Origin: Candidatus Dadabacteria bacterium
Lineage (GTDB): Bacteria; Desulfobacterota_D; UBA1144; Nemesobacterales; JADFKM01
DNA length: 60,980 bases
Direction of reading: 5' to 3'
Assembly: GCA_022564935.1 (NCBI GenBank)
Contig: JADFKM010000004.1
Span: 1 to 60,980, forward strand
Below, piece after piece: positions 16,927-27,131 of this stretch; positions within the stretch are counted from its first letter, which is position 1, and each line of letters starts with the position of its first letter. The notes under the pieces are model-generated. The model saw only the letters and a program-made list of their open reading frames with translations, made no database searches and was not told the DNA's origin. A program made the position numbers and the translations under genes.

Positions 16927-19038
16927 ATGACGAAGGAGCCGCCGGGGGACAGAGGAGGGGGAAACAGACTGGCAAACGAGGTGAGCGCCTATCTAAAGGG
17001 GGCGGAACACCAGCCTGTGGACTGGTATCCGTGGGGAAGCGCCGCTTTCGAAGCGGCCAGGGAGCTCGACCGCCCGATCTTGCTCGACATCGGAGCGCGG
17101 TGGTGCCACTGGTGCCACGTCATCGACAGCGAGAGCTACGACGACCTTGCCGTTGCCCGGATTATCAATGAGAACTTCATAGCCGTCAAGGTCGACAGGG
17201 ACGAGCGGCCGGACGTGGACAGGAGATACCAGATGGCCGTCAACGCCCTGACGGGCAAGGGGGGGTGGCCGCTCACTGCGTTTATTACCCCCGAGGGCAA
17301 AGTGTTCTTCGGAGGCACCTACTTTCCTCCCAAGGCCTTCGGAGGCCTGCCGTCGTTTAGAACTGTGCTTCTCAAGGTAATCGACTACTACAGAAAAAAC
17401 AGAGCGGTCGTCGCTGCAGAGTCGGACAAGATCATGAACGCCCTCGTGCAGATGGGAGAATACAGCGCCGCTGCGCAGGAGCCCGCCATAGTTAACGTGG
17501 AGGGTTTCATCGACAGGGTTGCCGAAGGCTTCGACAACGTTAACGGCGGCTTCGGAGAGGCTCCCAAGTTCCCTCATTTCGGGACGGTTGAGCTTCTGAT
17601 CGCAAGGTATTTTGAAACCGGTGACTCGGAGCTTCTTCATATGGTGGAGAAAACCCTCACTAAGAGCGCAAAGGGCGGGATGTACGACCAGATCGGAGGG
17701 GGCTTCCACCGCTACTGCGTGGATGCGCAGTGGATAGTTCCGCACTTTGAGAAAATGTGCTACGACAACGCGGGCCACCTGCGCAATTACCTGCAGGCCT
17801 ATCAGGTTACCGGCGAAGTTTTCATGAAGGAGGTAGCACAGGGGATAATAGGCTTTGTTTGCGGAGTGCTTTCCGAGCCCGAAAGCGGCGGCTTCTACGC
17901 AAGCCAGGACTCAGACGTTGACCTAAACGACGACGGCGACTATTTCACCTGGCTGAAGGAGGAGGCCGAGGCCGCTTTAACAAATGAACAAACCAGAGTG
18001 CTCTCTCTTTACTACAACATCTATTCCAGAGGCGAGATGAAGCACAACCCCGGCAAGAACGTACTTTTCATAGATATGGAGGTTGATGAGATCGCGAAAA
18101 GGCTCGGTATGGACACGGGCGTCGTTAAATCCCTGATCGAATCGGGCAAGAAAAGGCTGTTCGAGGAGCGGAGCAAAAGACCCTCGCCTTACGTCGACAA
18201 AACACTTTTCACCAACTGGAACGCTTTTATGACCTCCTCCATGCTCCTTGCTTTTAAGGTGCTTGGGAGTGAGGATTGCAGGGAGTCGGCCCTCAAGACC
18301 CTGGACTTCTTCTTAAACTGTTGCTACATGGAGGGGGAGGGGTTTTACCACGCCTATTCGGACGGCTCTCCCAGGATGAAGGGACTCATCGACGACCAGG
18401 TGCATATGACTGCCGCTTTACTCGACGCCTATGAAGTCAGCGGCAAGCGCAGTTATTTCGACAGGGCGCTTGAGCTGTCGAAGATCATCGTCAGAGACTA
18501 TTTTGATGAGAAAGACGGTGGGTTCTTTGATATTGCGGACTGTCCGCAGGATTCGGCTATGCTCCGAAACAGGATAAAGTCGATACAGGACGACCCCATA
18601 CCTTCATCAAACGCCGCGGCTGTAATGGTTTTCGACAGACTCTATTATCTGACCGGGGATGAGGGCTACAGAGAATACGCATCAAAGACGCTCAAGTTGC
18701 TCGGCCCCGTCGCCGAGAATTACGGGATCCATGCGGGCTCTTACTTCCTCGCCGTCCATAACCACCTGAAGCACCCGCCTACGGTTGTGGTGTCCGGCGG
18801 CTCCGACGACCCTGGGGTCATGGCCCTGCTCAGGGCGGCGTGGAGTGTGTACAGGCCTCATAAGATCGTGGTTTATATAGACCCCGCAGAGGGTGTTCCT
18901 GAGGGGCTTTTCAGCACAGCTTCCGAAATTTCAAAAATGGAGGGCACTAAGGCCGTTGTGTGCGCGGGAGCCGCTTGCACGGAGCCTACCGGTGACCCGG
19001 AGACGCTCGAAGCGGCAATTAAGGAGTTCGGGGTGTAG
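16927..19038 (+). CDS. YyaL/SSP411 thioredoxin-domain protein (DUF255)
   Basis: NRL...PVDWYPWG, WCHWCHV, KVDRDERPDVD, GGWP, VPHFEKMCYDN. Confidence 0.93.
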   Translation: MTKEPPGDRGGGNRLANEVSAYLKGAEHQPVDWYPWGSAAFEAARELDRPILLDIGARWCHWCHVIDSESYDDLAVARIINENFIAVKVDRDERPDVDRRYQMAVNALTGKGGWPLTAFITPEGKVFFGGTYFPPKAFGGLPSFRTVLLKVIDYYRKNRAVVAAESDKIMNALVQMGEYSAAAQEPAIVNVEGFIDRVAEGFDNVNGGFGEAPKFPHFGTVELLIARYFETGDSELLHMVEKTLTKSAKGGMYDQIGGGFHRYCVDAQWIVPHFEKMCYDNAGHLRNYLQAYQVTGEVFMKEVAQGIIGFVCGVLSEPESGGFYASQDSDVDLNDDGDYFTWLKEEAEAALTNEQTRVLSLYYNIYSRGEMKHNPGKNVLFIDMEVDEIAKRLGMDTGVVKSLIESGKKRLFEERSKRPSPYVDKTLFTNWNAFMTSSMLLAFKVLGSEDCRESALKTLDFFLNCCYMEGEGFYHAYSDGSPRMKGLIDDQVHMTAALLDAYEVSGKRSYFDRALELSKIIVRDYFDEKDGGFFDIADCPQDSAMLRNRIKSIQDDPIPSSNAAAVMVFDRLYYLTGDEGYREYASKTLKLLGPVAENYGIHAGSYFLAVHNHLKHPPTVVVSGGSDDPGVMALLRAAWSVYRPHKIVVYIDPAEGVPEGLFSTASEISKMEGTKAVVCAGAACTEPTGDPETLEAAIKEFGV

Positions 19039-19074
19039 TGAGTTAGCCGACCCGGTTTTGAGCAGGGAGTAGCG

Positions 19075-19425
19075 ATGGGATTTCAGTGCAGGATATATGT
19101 CGGGGATGACGAGATTTACGCCGGGGACTTTGGAGAAGTGCCGGAGGAATTCCGGAAAAAGATCACCGATGACCTGACTCTTTGGGCCGGGTCCCTCGGC
19201 AAGGGGGGACTCAACGAGCTTCTCTATTCACACCTCTACTGGTATGTATCAACATACTTCGTTTGCCGCACGTGCGTTTACGAAGGGGGGGACGGAGTGG
19301 ACAGCTGCCCGGAGTGCGGGGGGGCGCTGGAGGAGCGGCACCATTACGCCCGCCACGAAAAGCTGGATTTGATCATGAGCTGCATCGGGTCGATATCCAA
19401 GATAGAGGTTGTCCGCACGGCCTGA
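19075..19425 (+). CDS. Hypothetical protein with CxxC...CxxC zinc ribbon
   Basis: CRTC...CPECGG; GGGAG RBS. Confidence 0.75.
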   Translation: MGFQCRIYVGDDEIYAGDFGEVPEEFRKKITDDLTLWAGSLGKGGLNELLYSHLYWYVSTYFVCRTCVYEGGDGVDSCPECGGALEERHHYARHEKLDLIMSCIGSISKIEVVRTA

Positions 19426-19462
19426 TCCTTAATGTATATTAATACGTGAGGGCTGAATAGAA

Positions 19463-19747
19463 ATGAAGATCGAAGTCAGAGGCCAGATTTTCCCGAAGGT
19501 GTGGGACATAGCGCAGAGCGTAAGGAAGCTGAGGGAGGAGAGAGAAGTCGTTAATATAGGGAGCGGCACCGTATGTGTTGACGTGTATGAGGTCAGCCTT
19601 CCCGAGGGTACTGTGAAGGACGGCAGGTTCTTCGTCACTCCATCAGGGGTGAAGCTTTACCTCAACCAGCCCGACCATTACGAGGTAGGTTATCTGGTCT
19701 CGGAGATCGACACTGACCCGATAGTGAGCCGCCATTTTGCGAAGTGA
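19463..19747 (+). CDS. Hypothetical protein (94 aa)
   Basis: Co-oriented ORF in operon, GAGGG RBS. Confidence 0.7.
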   Translation: MKIEVRGQIFPKVWDIAQSVRKLREEREVVNIGSGTVCVDVYEVSLPEGTVKDGRFFVTPSGVKLYLNQPDHYEVGYLVSEIDTDPIVSRHFAK

Positions 19748-19748
19748 G

Positions 19749-20189
19749 ATGAAGGTAATCGTTCTGATTATGTTATTTTCAGTCGGCGCCGCTACAGGCT
19801 CTGCCGTCGAGCGTCCGTACAAAATAACGCTCCCGAACGGGCGTATCATAGAGGCCGAGCTTCCCGAGATCAAGTGGAAGGGTCTCATGGGCAGGGAGAG
19901 CCTGTGCGAGAGCTGCGGGATGATATTTATCTATGAGAAGGAGTGGTACCACGGCTTCTGGATGAAGGACACCCTTATCCCCCTTGCGCTGATATGGATA
20001 AACGACGGAGGCGAGATAGTTCACATAGAAAAACACGCAGAGCCGTGCGTGGGCAAAGCAAACCCGCGAATGGACTGCAAGGTCTATAGACCCTCGAAGC
20101 CCGCCAGGTTCGTTCTCGAAGTCAACCCCGAAGCCGCCCGCGGCCTTGAAGTGGGCATGAAAATAAAGTCCGAGCCTTCACTTGAGTAA
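19749..20189 (+). CDS. DUF192 family exported protein
   Basis: GLMGR, GMIFIY, FWMKDTLIPL, FVLEVN; signal peptide. Confidence 0.88.
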   Translation: MKVIVLIMLFSVGAATGSAVERPYKITLPNGRIIEAELPEIKWKGLMGRESLCESCGMIFIYEKEWYHGFWMKDTLIPLALIWINDGGEIVHIEKHAEPCVGKANPRMDCKVYRPSKPARFVLEVNPEAARGLEVGMKIKSEPSLE

Positions 20190-20329
20190 AGAAAGCTCAC
20201 TATAATTATTGCTGGTGATTATTTCGGGAGGAGGATGGGTCAAACCTTCCCTTACGCTTTAGGGAGTGGTCGGTGTATTCACCGGTGTGGATTGGCCCAT
20301 CTGAGATTTATTTTTTAGGTGGTGAGAGG

Positions 20330-21283
20330 ATGGTGGTTCATGCTCAGGTGGATGACTTTGGTTGCGGGCCTGTTGACTCCGGCTTTGTCAATGTAAACGG
20401 CATCAGGCTCTACTTCGAGGTCTACGGCGAGGGGGAGCCCCTGCTCCTCGTGGAAGGACTCGGCTACTCCACGTGGATGTGGTTCAAGCAGGTTTTGGAT
20501 CTCTCTTCACGACATAGGGTGATAGTCTTTGACAACAGGGGCGTGGGTTACAGCGATAAGCCGGATGAGGAATACTCAATAGAATTGATGGCTTCCGATG
20601 CTGCGGGCCTTCTCAAGGAGCTGGAAGTGGAAAGGGCTGCGGTTTTGGGCGTATCGATGGGCGGGTTTATTGCCCAGCAGCTTGCCCTCGACTACCCCGA
20701 TGTGGTCTCCGGCCTCATTCTAGTGTGCACGGCGCAGGAGGGCGTAAAGAACGACGGCACGAATGCTTGGAGAATGATTCTCAAGACGCTCGACATAGTG
20801 CCCGGCGCCCTTGAGTTAGCGGTGAGTCTATGTGGAAAAGCCTCGGGCAATATTCCCCTAACTCCTTTCGCAGACCCCGTATACAACATGAGAAGGGCTC
20901 TTTCTTTCGGTTTTACGAACGAGTATTTCGGCTCACATCCAGACGAGATCGACCGTATAATCAAATGGAGGCTTGCAAACCCACAGCCCGCCTACGCCTG
21001 GAAGAGGCAGTTTAGCGCGGGGCTTGAGTTCGACGCCTCTGAGAGGGTGGGTGAGATATCGGTGCCCACTCTGGTCATTGCGGGCGCCGGGGACAGGATC
21101 ATTCCTATAGAGAGTTCGGGGAGATTGGCTGAGCAAATTCCGAGCTCTCAGTTCGTTCAGCTCTCTGATGCCGGCCATCTTTTGTTTATAGAGCAGGCCG
21201 AGTTGTTCAACAAAGCGGTGCTCGATTTCCTCTCCCAAGTGTATGGTGATGAACCCGAGTTGGAGAAAGAAGAGATAAGATAG
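20330..21283 (+). CDS. Alpha/beta fold hydrolase
   Basis: DNRGVGYS, GVSMGG nucleophile elbow, GDRII, AGHLL; start set at ATG 20330. Confidence 0.9.
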   Translation: MVVHAQVDDFGCGPVDSGFVNVNGIRLYFEVYGEGEPLLLVEGLGYSTWMWFKQVLDLSSRHRVIVFDNRGVGYSDKPDEEYSIELMASDAAGLLKELEVERAAVLGVSMGGFIAQQLALDYPDVVSGLILVCTAQEGVKNDGTNAWRMILKTLDIVPGALELAVSLCGKASGNIPLTPFADPVYNMRRALSFGFTNEYFGSHPDEIDRIIKWRLANPQPAYAWKRQFSAGLEFDASERVGEISVPTLVIAGAGDRIIPIESSGRLAEQIPSSQFVQLSDAGHLLFIEQAELFNKAVLDFLSQVYGDEPELEKEEIR

Positions 21284-21484
21284 GCGCCGGGGAAATCCCT
21301 GTGGCAGAAGTTTAAGGGGTGGATCATGAACACGTAGCTTTTCGTTCATCGTTTCGCTCGGAGCGCTTTTGTCGGCTTTCCCGCAATTGTGTTACGTTTT
21401 TTGTATGGGAAGCGCTGCGTTGTATATTAGTATTCGAGAATGTTTGTGTGAGTTAATAGAAAAACTAAGAAGAGGGGTGAGCGA

Positions 21485-23116
21485 ATGAAGGTCTCGGAGC
21501 TTCTTGTTAAATGCCTTGAGAACGAGGACGTGGAGTACATATTCGGGATTCCGGGGGAAGAGAACCTCGACGTCATGGACGCCCTCCTCGATTCTAAAAT
21601 AAAGTTCATACTCACCAGGCACGAGCAGGGCGCGGCGTTCATGGCCGACGTGTACGGCCGCCTGAGCCAGAGAGCGGGCGTTTGTCTCGCCACACTGGGG
21701 CCGGGGGCTACTAACCTCATCACAGGTGTTGCGGACGCCAACATGGACAGGGCTCCGGTGGTCGCAATCACGGGGCAGGCCTCTCTCGACCGCATGCACA
21801 AGGAGTCCCATCAATACATAGACATCGTGAGAATATTCCAGTCAATTACCAAGTGGAACGCGCAAATAAAGACACCGGAGATTACTACCGAGGTCTTGAG
21901 GAAGGCGTTTAAGGTTGCACAGACCGAAAAGCCGGGGGCTACACACATCGACCTGCCCGAAGACGTGGCGGGTATGGAGGTGGAGGGTGAGCCGCTTCTT
22001 GCGCAGTTCCCCTACAAGCCCGAGCCGCTCGCGGCGCAGGTCGAAAGGGCGTCGAAGATAATCTCGGAGGCCAAATACCCCATTATTCTTGCCGGAAACG
22101 GCGTAATAAGGGAAGGGTCCTCCGAAGCGCTCAGGGATTTTGCGAAGAAGCTCAACATCCCCGTGGCCGAGACATTTATGGGTAAGGGCGTAATGCGCGA
22201 CGACGACGAGCTCTCGCTCAAGACCGTGGGGCTCCAGACCCGCGACTACGTCTCCTGCGGCTTCGACCAGGCCGATGTGGTGATTACCGTGGGTTACGAC
22301 CTTGTGGAATACTCCCCTTCGAGGTGGAACCCCGATAGGGATAAGAAGATAGTGCACATAGACATGAGCCCTGCGGAGGTGGACGCAAACTACGTAGTGG
22401 CCGTCGGAGTGCTCGGCGATATAGCTATCTCCCTCGAGGAGATATCCGCCAAGGCAAAGCCGAGCGACGCTTCTTACACAAGATACCTCCATGACTTCAT
22501 AGTTAAGGAGTTCGAGGACTACGGAGAGGACGACTCCTTTCCGCTTAAGCCCCAGAAGATACTTTACGACCTGCGCACGACAATGGGAGAAGACGACATC
22601 GTCATCTCCGATGTGGGCGCTCACAAGATATGGGTCGCACGGGTTTTTCCGTGCTACAGGCCCAACACCTGCATTATTTCGAACGGCTTTGCCACGATGG
22701 GCATAGGGCTACCCGGCGCTATCGGCGCAAAGCTCCTGCACCCCGACAGGAAAGTGGTTACCGTGACGGGCGACGGAGGGTTTCTCATGAACTCTCAGGA
22801 GCTTGAGACGGCAGTGCGCTACGACATCCCCGTTGTGTGCCTCATCTTCTCCGACAAAACGTACAGCCTCATCGAGCTAAAGCAGATGCAGGAGTTTGGG
22901 AGAACCTCGCATGTGAACTTCGACAACCCCGACCTGGTGAAGTACGCCGAGAGCTTCGGCGCGGTGGGCATGAGGGTCGAGGCCTCGGATGAGCTCGAAC
23001 CGGCGCTGCTAGAGGCGTTTTCAACGCGAAAGCCGGTGGTGATAGACTGCCCTGTGGACTACAGCGAAAATAAAAGACTGATGGACAAGCTCGGCAAGCT
23101 GATATGTCCCGTGTAA
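21485..23116 (+). CDS. TPP-dependent acetolactate synthase-like enzyme (resembles cyanobacterial 2-oxoglutarate decarboxylase subfamily)
   Basis: IFGIPGEEN, RHEQGAAFMAD, GPGATN, GDGGFLMNSQELET. Confidence 0.9.
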   Translation: MKVSELLVKCLENEDVEYIFGIPGEENLDVMDALLDSKIKFILTRHEQGAAFMADVYGRLSQRAGVCLATLGPGATNLITGVADANMDRAPVVAITGQASLDRMHKESHQYIDIVRIFQSITKWNAQIKTPEITTEVLRKAFKVAQTEKPGATHIDLPEDVAGMEVEGEPLLAQFPYKPEPLAAQVERASKIISEAKYPIILAGNGVIREGSSEALRDFAKKLNIPVAETFMGKGVMRDDDELSLKTVGLQTRDYVSCGFDQADVVITVGYDLVEYSPSRWNPDRDKKIVHIDMSPAEVDANYVVAVGVLGDIAISLEEISAKAKPSDASYTRYLHDFIVKEFEDYGEDDSFPLKPQKILYDLRTTMGEDDIVISDVGAHKIWVARVFPCYRPNTCIISNGFATMGIGLPGAIGAKLLHPDRKVVTVTGDGGFLMNSQELETAVRYDIPVVCLIFSDKTYSLIELKQMQEFGRTSHVNFDNPDLVKYAESFGAVGMRVEASDELEPALLEAFSTRKPVVIDCPVDYSENKRLMDKLGKLICPV

Positions 23117-23253
23117 TCGGCGCGGCCTCTCGCTCTGCTTAAATTCGAAGCGCGTGGGATAAAGGACGGTTAGTTTTGAGCATGGGAACTCATTGATATA
23201 TGGCTGACATGGTCTCAAGCGCACCGCATTTCAAAAGTACACACCTGATTTCC

Positions 23254-24498
23254 CTAACCGCTCTCCGTTTCTTCCGCAAGCTTCCTGGCATACTCGATCA
23301 TCTTCTCTGAGACTTTCTCAAGCTCCGGCTTCGAGTCGATGTATGTCTTGAGCGCCTCGATAGCGTCCATATTCTTGGTTAGTCCCGTGCCGCGAGTCGT
23401 TTTTGCCGGGGCCTCGAAAATCCGCTCTATCTTTATCGAAGATGCCCGGCTGAAAGTCTCAAGCAGCTTCTTCTCGTCAACCCTTTCTTCGGCGTCGCTC
23501 ACCCTGTAGCGCACCCTTACGATCGCCCCTTCTATATCTTCCGGGGTGAGGGGGCCAGGCGCTTCACCTATGCTTTCGTTCTCTGCCTTAGGATCGATCT
23601 CAACGGTAAAGAACTTCCTGGCGGGGGTTTTTACGAACTGGAACTCGCAGTTCCACCCGTCCTTCTTTTTTACGATCTCTCCCATCACGAACCCTTTGTC
23701 CTCCCGCTCCTCAGAGAAGTCTATGCGCTCGATGCTGCCGGAGTAGACAATGGGGGGCTGAGAGCCGTCGTTGAGGTTTTGGTACCTGTGAATGTGGCCC
23801 AGCGCGACATATGCGAGTGATTCGCGGGCGAGCTCGACCCTGGAGATGGAAGGCTCGAATATGTCGAGAGAGGTGGTTTCGGAGCCGGAGAGCACAGCGT
23901 TGCGTACCGAGAAGTGTCCGGCGAACACCGCGGGGATGGATTTGTCCGCTTCCTCGATTAAATTACGCACTATGGAGAGCATGCGCCTTTCAAGCTCTCT
24001 TTGAATTTCGTCCGAGGGGATGGACTTGTACTCGTCCTTCGTGAGCAGAGCGCTTTTCCTGATCCAGGGGAGGCACAGAACCTGTACGGGGCCGTTCTTT
24101 GTAGTGATCGTAACGGCCTCGGGTCTCTTGACGACGCGGACTCTCGGAAGCTCAAGCGCGGGAAATATCTCGACCGCCGCTGTTTTGTGCGACGTCGAGG
24201 GGTAGTCGTGGTTGCCGAGCACTATGACCAACTCGGCCCCGGAGCCTGTGACGATAGTGTTTATCCTTCTAGCGAATTCCGTCTCTTCTGTGGGCTGCGG
24301 GTTCTCTCTGTGGAAGATGTCCCCGGAGATGAGCACGAGGTCCACGTCCTTGTTGATGACCTCGTCCACGATGTAGTCGAGTGAGTTGAGGACGTCCTCG
24401 AGCCTTGTGTTCCTGCCCGTAGCGGGGTTGATCTTGCCGTGAGTTTCAATCCCGATGTGGATGTCTGAGAGGTGAGCGAACTTTATCCCGCTTCCCAT
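23254..24498 (-). CDS. sbcD: SbcD/Mre11 family nuclease
   Basis: SDIHIG, SGDIFH, GNHD, YVALGHIH, YSGS...FSE...KG. Confidence 0.9.
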   Translation of the reverse strand: MGSGIKFAHLSDIHIGIETHGKINPATGRNTRLEDVLNSLDYIVDEVINKDVDLVLISGDIFHRENPQPTEETEFARRINTIVTGSGAELVIVLGNHDYPSTSHKTAAVEIFPALELPRVRVVKRPEAVTITTKNGPVQVLCLPWIRKSALLTKDEYKSIPSDEIQRELERRMLSIVRNLIEEADKSIPAVFAGHFSVRNAVLSGSETTSLDIFEPSISRVELARESLAYVALGHIHRYQNLNDGSQPPIVYSGSIERIDFSEEREDKGFVMGEIVKKKDGWNCEFQFVKTPARKFFTVEIDPKAENESIGEAPGPLTPEDIEGAIVRVRYRVSDAEERVDEKKLLETFSRASSIKIERIFEAPAKTTRGTGLTKNMDAIEALKTYIDSKPELEKVSEKMIEYARKLAEETESG

Positions 24499-24576
24499 AA
24501 GAATGACCGGCCCTGGCGTCTACTGTCCCCAAAAGGACGGCAGCCTCATACCTTTGTCATGAGCTTCGGAGTGGGC

Positions 24577-25722
24577 TTAAATGCCGTCGTTTGCAAAAAC
24601 TTCCGAGGCCCTTTTCATCCCGGCGCCGAACTCAAACCTGTGCCCTATTTCGAGCAGTACGCTCTCCACAGCCGAAATGACGGCTATGATGTCTGCCCTG
24701 TCGATGTAGCCCATGTGTGAGATCCTGAATATCTTGCCCTTAGCCTGATCCTGCCCGCCGGCGACGGTCATGCCGAATTTGTCCCTGAGGGCGCTTATTA
24801 TCCGCTTTGCGTCTATGTCCGGGGGGGAGCAGGCTGCGGTTACAGCGGGGCTCGGGGACTTCTTGGCGTATAACTCGAGTCCCATCGCGCTCAGGCCTTC
24901 CCTGGCGGCAAGAGCAAGCAGCGCGGAGCGCATGTAGACGTTCTCGATGCCTTCGGCGCTGAATTTCTCAAGCACCGACGCCAGCCCCCTCACGAGGGTC
25001 ACTGCCGGGGTGTAAGGCGTCGTGTTTTTTTCTGCGTTCTTTTTGTATGCGGCGAAGTCGAGGTAGAATTTCGGCAGGTTCGATCTTTCGTAGAATTTCC
25101 ATGCCTTTTGGCTCATGGCTGCAAAGGACAGTCCAGGAGGGAGCATAAATGCTTTTTGTGAACCGCCCACCAGGACGTCGATGCCCCACTCATCGAACAT
25201 CACGGGGAACACACCGACGGCCGTTATGCCGTCCACGATCAAAACGACGTCGTCCCTGTCCCTTGTGATCTCGGCTATCTCTTTGGTGGGGTGCTTAACG
25301 GCGGTCGACGTTTCGCTTGCCTGCATCAGTACCGCGCTTATTGACGGGTCGCCGTCGAGCTTTTCCTTGATAAGGGAAGGCTCGACCGCTTCTCCCCATT
25401 CAACCATTATCTCTTCGACCTCGACCCCGTACGCCCGGCATATCTTCCCCCACCTCTCGCCGAACTTCCCCCCGTTCACTACTAGGGCTTTGTCCCCGGA
25501 GGAAAGTGTGTTCGCTACCGCCCCTTCCATGGCGCCGGTGCCTGAGGCCGCAAGCACGAACACCTCTTCGGTGGTTTGAAAAACGGACTTTAGACCCTTT
25601 CTAACCACTGCGAAGATGCTCTCGAACTCTTCAGTCCTGTGGTGGATGATGGGCTTGGCCATCTCAAGGAGAGTGTCGTCGGCCACGGGTACGGGGCCGG
25701 GTGTAAACAGGTAAGTTTTCAT
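24577..25722 (-). CDS. Class V aminotransferase (alanine-glyoxylate/serine-pyruvate family)
   Basis: FTPGP, SGTGAMEG, SETST, GSQKAFMLPPGL, FRISHMG. Confidence 0.92.
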   Translation of the reverse strand: MKTYLFTPGPVPVADDTLLEMAKPIIHHRTEEFESIFAVVRKGLKSVFQTTEEVFVLAASGTGAMEGAVANTLSSGDKALVVNGGKFGERWGKICRAYGVEVEEIMVEWGEAVEPSLIKEKLDGDPSISAVLMQASETSTAVKHPTKEIAEITRDRDDVVLIVDGITAVGVFPVMFDEWGIDVLVGGSQKAFMLPPGLSFAAMSQKAWKFYERSNLPKFYLDFAAYKKNAEKNTTPYTPAVTLVRGLASVLEKFSAEGIENVYMRSALLALAAREGLSAMGLELYAKKSPSPAVTAACSPPDIDAKRIISALRDKFGMTVAGGQDQAKGKIFRISHMGYIDRADIIAVISAVESVLLEIGHRFEFGAGMKRASEVFANDGI

Positions 25723-25897
25723 GAAGGCAAACTCCGTTTAAGTGTCTGGAAAAAGGTTTAATGAATCTACCCAACCCTGGGAATAATTCAACACGGCCTC
25801 ACCCCGGTCAAGGGAATGGGGGGGATAACAGATACTTGCAATTGCATGGGCGGAATTTATATTAATTATTGATTGAGGTTAAGAGGGTGCCGAGAAG

Positions 25898-27013
25898 ATG
25901 TTTACTGAGAACAGAGGAAAAATAGAGGATTTGAAAAAGAGGCTTGGTGTGCTTGAGGGCTACTTTAACCTTCCCGCCAAGAGAACCCATCTCGAAGAGC
26001 TTGATAAGGTCATGGGGGCCTCTGATTTCTGGGACGATTCGGAAAATGCCCAGCGCACACTCAAAGAGCGCGCCCTGGTGAAGGATGTGGTCGAGAGCTG
26101 CGAGGGACTGCGAAGTGAGCTTGAAGACACAGAAGTATTGGCGGAGCTCTCCGCAGAGGAGAGTGACGAGGAAGTCGGCCTAGAGGCGCAGGCAAAGATA
26201 AAAGAGATCGAGCTAAGGGTCGAGTCGCTTGAGTTTAAGCGGTTTCTCGGAGGCGAGAACGACGAGGCGAACGCCATCGTGTCGATAAATGCCGGAGCCG
26301 GGGGCACCGAGGCCCAGGACTGGGCTGAGATGGTCCTGAGAATGTACACCCGCTACGGGGAGAGGGGTGGATTCGAGGTTGAGATGCTCGACATTCAGCC
26401 CGGCGACGAAGCCGGTATTAAGAGCGCGGCGTTTATCGTAAAAGGCCCCTACGCGTGCGGATACCTCCAGGGGGAAAGGGGCGTCCACCGCCTCGTCAGG
26501 ATATCCCCTTTCGACTCCAATAAGAGGAGGCACACCTCTTTTTGCTCAGTTTTCGTGTCGCCGGAAATCGATGATAGCATAGACGTGGAGATCGATGAGA
26601 AAGACTTGAGAGTGGACACTTTCAGGGCTAGCGGCGCCGGGGGCCAGCACGTAAACAAAACTGACTCTGCGGTGAGGATAACCCATATTCCCACGGGCTT
26701 AGTGGTGAGCTGCCAGAACGAGCGCTCCCAGCACCAGAACCGCTTCACCGCCATGAAGATACTCCGCTCGAGGCTTTATGATCTCGAGGTGGCCAGGCAC
26801 AAAGAGAAGCTCGAGGAGATACACGCCACGAAGAAGGACATAGCATGGGGAAACCAGATACGCTCCTATGTGCTCCACCCCTACCGCATGATCAAAGACC
26901 ACAGAACGGGGTACGAGACGGGCAACGTCGACCCGGTGCTGGATGGAGACCTGAGCGAGTTTATAAAGAGCTACCTCCTTTACGCATCCGAGGATGACAA
27001 ACAGATTGCTTAA
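25898..27013 (+). CDS. prfB: Peptide chain release factor 2, no internal frameshift
   Basis: SPF anticodon mimic, GGQ, WGNQIRSY; continuous ORF. Confidence 0.97.
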   Translation: MFTENRGKIEDLKKRLGVLEGYFNLPAKRTHLEELDKVMGASDFWDDSENAQRTLKERALVKDVVESCEGLRSELEDTEVLAELSAEESDEEVGLEAQAKIKEIELRVESLEFKRFLGGENDEANAIVSINAGAGGTEAQDWAEMVLRMYTRYGERGGFEVEMLDIQPGDEAGIKSAAFIVKGPYACGYLQGERGVHRLVRISPFDSNKRRHTSFCSVFVSPEIDDSIDVEIDEKDLRVDTFRASGAGGQHVNKTDSAVRITHIPTGLVVSCQNERSQHQNRFTAMKILRSRLYDLEVARHKEKLEEIHATKKDIAWGNQIRSYVLHPYRMIKDHRTGYETGNVDPVLDGDLSEFIKSYLLYASEDDKQIA

Positions 27014-27131
27014 TCCCCCGATTCACCCCGAAGCAACTTCTATTTTATTCTTTACTCTTCTCTGTTAAACTATATCTGTTCGCAGTTGCGGTATAACTCT
27101 AGTCGTATTTCTGTCTGGAGGCCCGGAGCAG

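Noticed and set aside
20234-20310. TPP riboswitch (CTGAGA present)
   Set aside because: No downstream ACCTGA...GCG.AGGGA elements.
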